Of a stretch of 64,000 bases of DNA, positions 57,105-64,000 are shown piece by piece (positions within the stretch are counted from its first letter, which is position 1; every line of letters begins with the position of its first letter). Location: contig OZ024756.1 of the NCBI GenBank assembly GCA_964016885.1, positions 39,060,001 through 39,124,000 of the forward strand. The letters run 5' to 3'. The stretch is from Eledone cirrhosa (taxonomy: Eukaryota). The position numbers and the translations under genes are program-made. The notes beneath the pieces were generated by a model. It ran no database searches. It saw only the letters and a program-made list of their open reading frames with translations, and was not told where the DNA came from.

Positions 57105-57237
57105 AATATGGTTTTATAAATATAGTTTCCATTTATTTAATATCATTGATATTATACTCCAGAAAACTGTCGAGTGCTTTGAATCTGTTATAAATATATA
57201 TATTTGTTGAATTACCAACAAATTAAATATCCCTTTG

Positions 57238-57283
<46 letters not shown>

Positions 57284-57359
57284 CATGCATACACAAATAT
57301 TCAGGGACACGAGATGTAATAGTTTCTTTTCTTTTCTTGAGTTTTCTTTTTAATTTCAG

Positions 57360-57412
57360 GAATCAAACTGAAACAAGATATGGAAGTAATTATACCTCCA
57401 CTCATACTTCAT
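57360..57412 (+). other. Candidate 53-nt internal exon
   Basis: Long pyrimidine tract ..TTTCAG| acceptor and CAT|GTAAGG donor; two frames open. Confidence 0.3.
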
Positions 57413-58059
57413 GTAAGGGTCATATTATAGGATTATAGTTAAGGTAGAAATAACGTGACGTTCACGTGATCTTCATCAGCCTATCAACTATTGCCAATAC
57501 CAGATGACAGAAGAAATAGTATATATATATTTTTTTCTTTCTCTAGACAACCATATACTGAGAAAACTCGATTAATCAAAAAGGATAGGATAGGAGAAAA
57601 TACTGGCTATTGAAATGGTGTCTGGTTTTCTTCGTAATCGGACATTTTGTTGTTGTTGTTGTTGTTGTAGAAAAGAAAGATGGCGACACGTGAACGCAGA
57701 TATATTGTTATATATACTGAACAAAGCATCTCGTGAAATAATTCTCTCTCTTGTAAGCGTACAACAAGTAATACAAACATAATTACACCATAAGACAAAC
57801 ATTTTTATCTCACACATATTTGCAATATATTTCAAAGCAAGGAGTAATACGCGGAATGAATCGGATCGAATATAACTATAATTTATATCTCTCTATTATC
57901 TCTCTTTGTCTCTATGTGCGTGTGCATGCGTGTGCGAATGTGTGTGTGCGGGCGTATGTAAATATATGTGCGTATGTACACACACACACACACGCACGTT
58001 ACTTTAGGTTCACCCAGTAATGAAGGCTTAACAAATCGTCCTTGTATTATTATTATTTT

Positions 58060-58250
58060 GGCAGTCGGACGCCATGCTTTCCACCATAGAGTTACGTCCC
58101 TTTACGGATTGAGTTCAAATCCCGCCGAGGTTAACTTTGCCTTTCATCCTTACGGGGTCGATAAAGTACCAGTCACGCACTGGGGTTGATTTAATCGACT
58201 TTCCCCTCCACCAAAATTGCTGGCCTTGTGGCTATATAAGAAACTATTAT
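58060..58250 (+). mobile_element. SINE type I
   Basis: Meta-like core and (TAT)n tail. Confidence 0.85.
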
Positions 58251-58522
58251 TATTATTATGCGTGTGTGTGTGTGTGCATATATATATATATATATATATG
58301 TTTGTTTGTGTGTGTATATAAGAGATAGAATCTCTTGTTCGGAGGTCTATAACAAGGAACAGATCCGGAATCAGTAAAAGTAGACCTCCGAAGAAGAGAT
58401 TTTATCTCGAAATATTAGGACTGATAAATAAATAAGGTAACAAAAAAACACCTTGTTTCGTTTTATTTTCTTGTTTATCCATTTCACATTGTCGTGGCCT
58501 TCAAACTTCACATTCCCCCCCC

Positions 58523-58570
<48 letters not shown>

Positions 58571-58709
58571 CTGTGTGTATGAATGTGTTTGTGTCTGTGT
58601 GTGCGTATGCATGTGTGCGTGTATATATATATATGTCTGTGTATGTGTGAGAGTACATGTGTGTGACTGTGTATATGTGTGTGTGTGTGTGCCTGTGTGT
58701 GACTGTGTA

Positions 58710-58955
58710 TGTCTTTAAGTGTGTCTCTATGTGTGAGTGTGAGTATTCTATATCTAGTGTGCGTATGTATGTGTGCGTATATATTTATATGTCTGTGCAT
58801 GTGTGAGTGTGTCTTTAAGTGTGTCTCTATGTGTGAGTGTGAGTATTCTATATCTAGTGTGCGTATGTATGTGTGCGTATATATTTATATGTCTGTGCAT
58901 GTGTGAGTGTGTCTTTAAGTGTGTCTCTATGTGTGAGTGTGAGTATTCTATATCT
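58710..58955. repeat. ~98-bp tandem repeat, ~2.5 copies
   Basis: GTCTTTAAGTGTGTCTCTATGTGTGAGTGTGAGTATTCTATATCTA recurs at 58711, 58811, 58911 (period 100). Confidence 0.85.
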
Positions 58956-59335
58956 ACATACGAACGTTAGGTAAACTAAGGCTAATGAGGTATAAATCGA
59001 GGAAATTATTCTTCCTTGGTATTTCGAGTTCAAATGAGGGAGAAGTGGTATTGACTGGATTTGTTAGTTTAGAATCTGGAAGAGTTGTGAACTTAGAAAA
59101 GCACATTAGTTGACTAAGTGGAATAACTACAGCTAAGCTTTTACTATTTCTCTCTGAACTTGAATGATGCTTTAACGGCATAATGTTGGATTATATATAC
59201 ATGTGTGTGTGTGTGTGTGTGTGTCCGTGACTGTGTGTGTGTGTCTGTGTGTGCGTGTGTGTGTGCGTGTGTGCGTGCGTGTGTCTGTGTGCGTGTGTGT
59301 GTGCGTGTGTGCGTGCGTGTGTCTGTGTGCGTGTG

Positions 59336-59374
<39 letters not shown>

Positions 59375-59592
59375 GTGACTGTGTGTGTGTGTCTGTGTGT
59401 GTGTGCGTGTGTGCGTGCGTGTGTGTGTGTGTGCGCGTGTGCGTGCACGTGTGTGTGTGTGCGCGTGCGTGTGTGTGTCCGCGTCTGTGTGTGTGTCCGC
59501 GACTGTGTGTGTGTGTGACTGTGTGTGTGTGTGTGCGTGTGTGTGTGCGTGTGTGCGTGCGTGTGTGTGTGTGTGCGTGTGTGTGTGCGCGC

Positions 59593-59623
<31 letters not shown>

Positions 59624-60246
59624 CGTGTGTTTCTGTACATATCTGTATATGTAGGCTTCTGTATACATGTATTAATTAATATTCTTTACTGTTGTTAGAA
59701 CTATATTTTGCTGTCATGAAACATGTCAGAGTGTTTTCTCTCTCTTTTCTCTAGTTATAAAGTATTATCAAAGTTATATGACGTCCAATATACGTCAACA
59801 TTTATCTTTATGAAGCCACAGACCTGCTTTCTCTCTTCTATTTAAATGGTAAATGACAATTATAAAACATGTCTGATATTAGACAATACCAAAGAATTTA
59901 TCAAAGCTTTAGTTTCCTATTTTATATTCTGTTGTCTCTTAAACATTCTATTCTCTAGAATCTCTTTTATCTGCTGGATTTTCCAGTGACCCTCTTTTAG
60001 TTTTATAAAACTGCAATTGGTGAAGTATTTTTATGATAAAGTCTCGGCTTGTGCTTTACAGGGATTAATATAGTGTGGTAAATGAATACACACACGCACA
60101 TACACACACACTCACATACACACACACGCACATACACACACACACATACACATATATTTGTAAAAAGTCAACATAAATAACAACACAATCGGTACAGTAT
60201 ATGGAATGAATATATTAGGTTAACCCTTGAAATAGCAGGAAGAGGG

Positions 60247-60282
60247 TCTTAACGTTTCGGATGCTATACCTTCATCAGAAGA
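60247..60282 (-). ncRNA. Minimal HHR (family B copy 3, stem II mutated)
   Basis: Reverse complement TCTT-CTGATGA-AGGTA-TAGC-ATCC-GAAACGTT^AAGA; element ~60212-60350. Confidence 0.65.
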
Positions 60283-60864
60283 AAGAATGAGAGATAAGAT
60301 AGATTGAAGGGACGGGAGGGGTGGAATTGGAAAAATGTCTTTAGATAAATATAACAGGTCCATTCATGTTAACATTGGAACCAAACTTCACTGCCACTGC
60401 CTCTGTCTCTCCCACTCTCCCCATCTCCCACTAATTATTAGCAAATGGGGGGTCCCACGCGCTGGCTGCCATACGGCCCCGACGGACAGAATAGAGAAGA
60501 CGTTTCCCCGGAGAATGGTGAGGCAGACCCACTGGAAGAGACATTCCAGCTCGCGAGGATCACACTTGCGTGGTAACCAACTGTGTGCTGATTGTGGTGA
60601 GTAGGGAGGTGGTCCTAGGACCAAGGACTCTAGAAGTTCCCACAATCCAGTGCATTATGGCACTCGTTGATATTCAGTTTACCCACTAAAAAGATTTGTC
60701 AATATCATATTATCACAAATTATCTGAGTAGAAATTAAGAGCTGCGAACCTTCAGCTCAAGTCCAGACAATAGTTCTAATTTCATCTAGATTTATCTCAA
60801 GTGTAACTTTACTATAGAGTTCACGTCCTAGTGGTGTCTGGTGATGATAGATACCAGTAATATG

Positions 60865-61085
60865 CTTTCTCATTTAGGCACAAGGCCAGCAATTTTAAGG
60901 AAGGGGAAAGTCGATTAAATTGATCCCCAGTGCATTGCTGGTACTTTATTTTATCGACCCCCCGTAAGGATGAAAGTCAAAGCTAACCCCGGCACGATTT
61001 GAACTCACAACGTAAAGGACCGTAACTCTATGCTACAAAGCATGGTGTTCGACTCTCTACTGATTCTGCTAATCCATCACCCTAA
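60865..61085 (-). mobile_element. SINE type I
   Basis: Reverse-complement head, core and tail. Confidence 0.85.
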
Positions 61086-61380
61086 GTTGTTATAATAGAA
61101 ACATCTACGTCTTTAACACTTCAAGTGTATTTTAAGTTTGCTTTTACTTATCTAAAGTATTATTGGATAAGAAATGGATATTCGGAAACACAAATATATA
61201 TGTCGACAGGTAAAGCTTAATAAGATGAGGTAAATAGGAAAAAGTGAATAAATTATAGCTAAAGGTAAATAGTTGGAAAGTTAACGATAGTGTAAGGTGG
61301 TAGGGCTAACAAGAAATATACATCGTAATGAAATATATAGTGTAAAGTAGGAGGTAGGAAATAAGGAATATATTGTATTG

Positions 61381-61488
<108 letters not shown>

Positions 61489-61539
61489 GCTTGTCGTGTG
61501 TCTGATTAGTAAATTAGTTTGTTCTTCATCATTGCTGGT

Positions 61540-61624
61540 ATTGTTGTTGTTGTCTTCTTCTTCTTCTTCTTCTTCTTCTTCGTCTTCTTCCTCCTCCTCC
61601 TCCTCCTCCTCCTCCTCCTCCTCC

Positions 61625-61659
<35 letters not shown>

Positions 61660-61660
61660 G

Positions 61661-61705
<45 letters not shown>

Positions 61706-61830
61706 CCACCACCACCAACACCACTATTGTAATCTGTGTAGTTCTGCTAAACTCTTTTGAAAGATCAAAGAAACCAATCTCCTCTTCCTCTTCTTCTTCT
61801 TCTTCTTCTTCTTCTTCTTCTTCTTCTACC
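61540..61830. repeat. (CTT)/(CCT)/(CAT) compound trinucleotide microsatellites
   Basis: Direct reading. Confidence 0.95.
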
Positions 61831-61971
61831 ATCCCCTCCTCCCCCTCCTTCCTCTCCACCCCCTCCTCCCTCTCCTCTCATTGTTTACACGCCATTGAGT
61901 TCTTGAACCGTAGATATAAACTTAGTTTGAGGAAACTTCTGATAAGACACACACACCGCGTAAGAAGAGGG

Positions 61972-62030
<59 letters not shown>

Positions 62031-62390
62031 AAAGTTGTTACTCTATACAATTACCATATGTAGCGTATCTCCTATAAAATTACCAACAGACAACAGAACT
62101 GACAAGATTTGGGAATAGCTAGCTGGACCTCTCTCAAGTAAATAACGTCTTGTGTGTTTCTGATCAGTTAGATTACATCACTTAGATTACATTGCATCAT
62201 TTAACTGCTAGTGTTCTTATAAAACAAATCATCAAGGGGGCGTTGTGTATATAGGTGTGGAGTACTGCAGCCCTTTCCTCTCTATATATATAATTTTACG
62301 GCTCTGTTGAATTACATTGAGCTATACCTTTACTGTCATTTCTCTAATACGACGACTGTGTTTAACTCCAACACACTCTAGTATTTTAAT

Positions 62391-62432
<42 letters not shown>

Positions 62433-62559
62433 TGTGTGTGTGCGTGTATGTGCGTGTGTGTGTATATAAGTTTATCCTGGGTTCAATCGGGGCCATGTCC
62501 ATTACGAGCTGAGGTGAAACAATTGTTCTCGGTATGGTGAACTAACTGTTGTGTAACCA

Positions 62560-62592
<33 letters not shown>

Positions 62593-62595
<3 letters not shown>

Positions 62596-62713
62596 AAGAG
62601 AGTCAGGACCCCGACGGCTGAGCTCCGGCTGTTTCGACAGCTAGGTCCACCAAACAGTTCGGATCCAGCTGTCGAAACGGCCAGAGCTCAGCCGTCGGGG
62701 TCCTGACTCTTTT

Positions 62714-62716
<3 letters not shown>
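62593..62716. mobile_element. Family F palindrome in (TA)n
   Basis: Imperfect inverted arms; GAAACGGC-CAGAGCTCA-GCCGTC^GGGGTC. Confidence 0.8.
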
Positions 62717-62760
<44 letters not shown>

Positions 62761-62895
62761 TGTTATTTTGAGTACATACATCAAATACTACGAAAGTTAG
62801 TAATTAGTAGTCTGCGTGTGTGTATGTCTGTGAGTGAGCGTGTGTGTGAGTGATCGTGTGTGTGAGTGTGTGTGTGTGTGTGTGAGTGTGTGTGT

Positions 62896-62932
<37 letters not shown>

Positions 62933-63080
62933 GGCTGTATAAGAAGTATTATACACCTACACAATACAAAGTTATTTTATGAATGACTTCATGGTTTCCA
63001 TGTACAAAGTTCACGTGCCATTCTCTTGTGTTGTTTTATCAGGGTGGGTGTGCACGTGCTCATTTGTATACGTCTATATG

Positions 63081-63131
<51 letters not shown>

Positions 63132-63311
63132 GTGTATGTGCGTGTGTGTTGGCATGCGTTTGTGTCTGATCATGTATGTGTGTGTGTGTGTGAGAGAGCA
63201 CGATTTTGTGTCTAATCATGTGTGTGTCTGTGTGTGTCTCTGTGTGTGTGTGTTAGCATGTGTTTGTGTCTTAACATGTACGTGTGTAAATATATATATA
63301 TATATGTGTGT

Positions 63312-63349
<38 letters not shown>

Positions 63350-63697
63350 TAGCATGTGCTTGTGTCTGAACATGTATATGTATATTGTATATATATGTAT
63401 GTGGGAGGGGGGGGGGGCATGTGGAAATAATTATTTAATGTTTTCTAATACTATTTCCCTTCTCAATGGAATTCATTAGATTCGTTTAATCTCATCTTTC
63501 GTTATTTATTCCGGTTTATTACAGAAGATATCAATAAAAACCACATTCACTACAACAACAACATTATACACGTACATTATTGAAGCCTGTGGAGCAGTAG
63601 TTAGTAAGGTACTCAATAATTAGAAGCCAGTCACATTGACTGCTAATGAGGAACTTAGATATACGGCAGTATTGGAATGGCGATATGATGTATAATA

Positions 63698-64000
63698 TTT
63701 GTTTCTACTTTTTGGCACAAGGCCAGCAATTACCAAGGGCATTACTGGTACTTTATTTTATCGACCCGGTAAGGATGAAAGGCAAAGTCAACCTCAGCGG
63801 GATTTGAACTCAGATCGTAAAGGGACGTAACTGTGCTGGAAAGCATGGCATCCGACCCTCTACCGATACTGCCAATCCACCGCCATTATATGATATATAA
63901 TTGTTTCTACTTTTGGCACAAGGCCAGCAATTACCCAGTGTATTACTGGTACTTTATTTTATCGACCCCGTAAGGATGAAAGGCAAAGTTAACCTCGGCG
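63698..64000 (-). mobile_element. Two tandem SINE type I copies (second runs off the window)
   Basis: Reverse-complement Meta-like cores at 63698-63885 and 63900-64000. Confidence 0.88.

Noticed and set aside
57445-57482. Minus-strand CTGATGA plus hairpin
   Set aside because: No downstream GAAA

Overview
AT-rich eukaryotic intronic or intergenic DNA, extremely dense in (TA)n, (CA)n, (TATG)n and (CATAC)n microsatellites. The SINE repertoire looks like that of Octopus or another cephalopod (inference from remembered consensus motifs). No protein-coding gene can be supported: nearly all ORFs in the track are microsatellite read-throughs. The only recognisable protein signals are decayed LINE fragments (CR1-like, RTE endonuclease, RTE 3' ends and C2H2 fingers). 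The window holds about 20 copies of a Meta-domain tRNA-SINE, 6 copies of a second tRNA-SINE, several Tc1/pogo- and hAT-type MITEs, and minisatellites. The main discovery is at least nine unrelated families of short non-coding elements, sitting in or beside (TA)n tracts, that carry type I hammerhead ribozyme (HHR) folds or recognisable remnants of them. The fold is CUGA(U/A)GA - stem II - GAAA - short, often palindromic stem III - NUH, as known from Penelope-like element (PLE) pseudo-LTRs. Several families show compensatory stem changes between copies. Many copies are fold-back palindromes whose inversion point lies at or near the ribozyme and whose arms end at recurrent internal AT-runs. Family letters are my own labels. 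All folds and coordinates were read by eye, so element edges are approximate and no activity is demonstrated.
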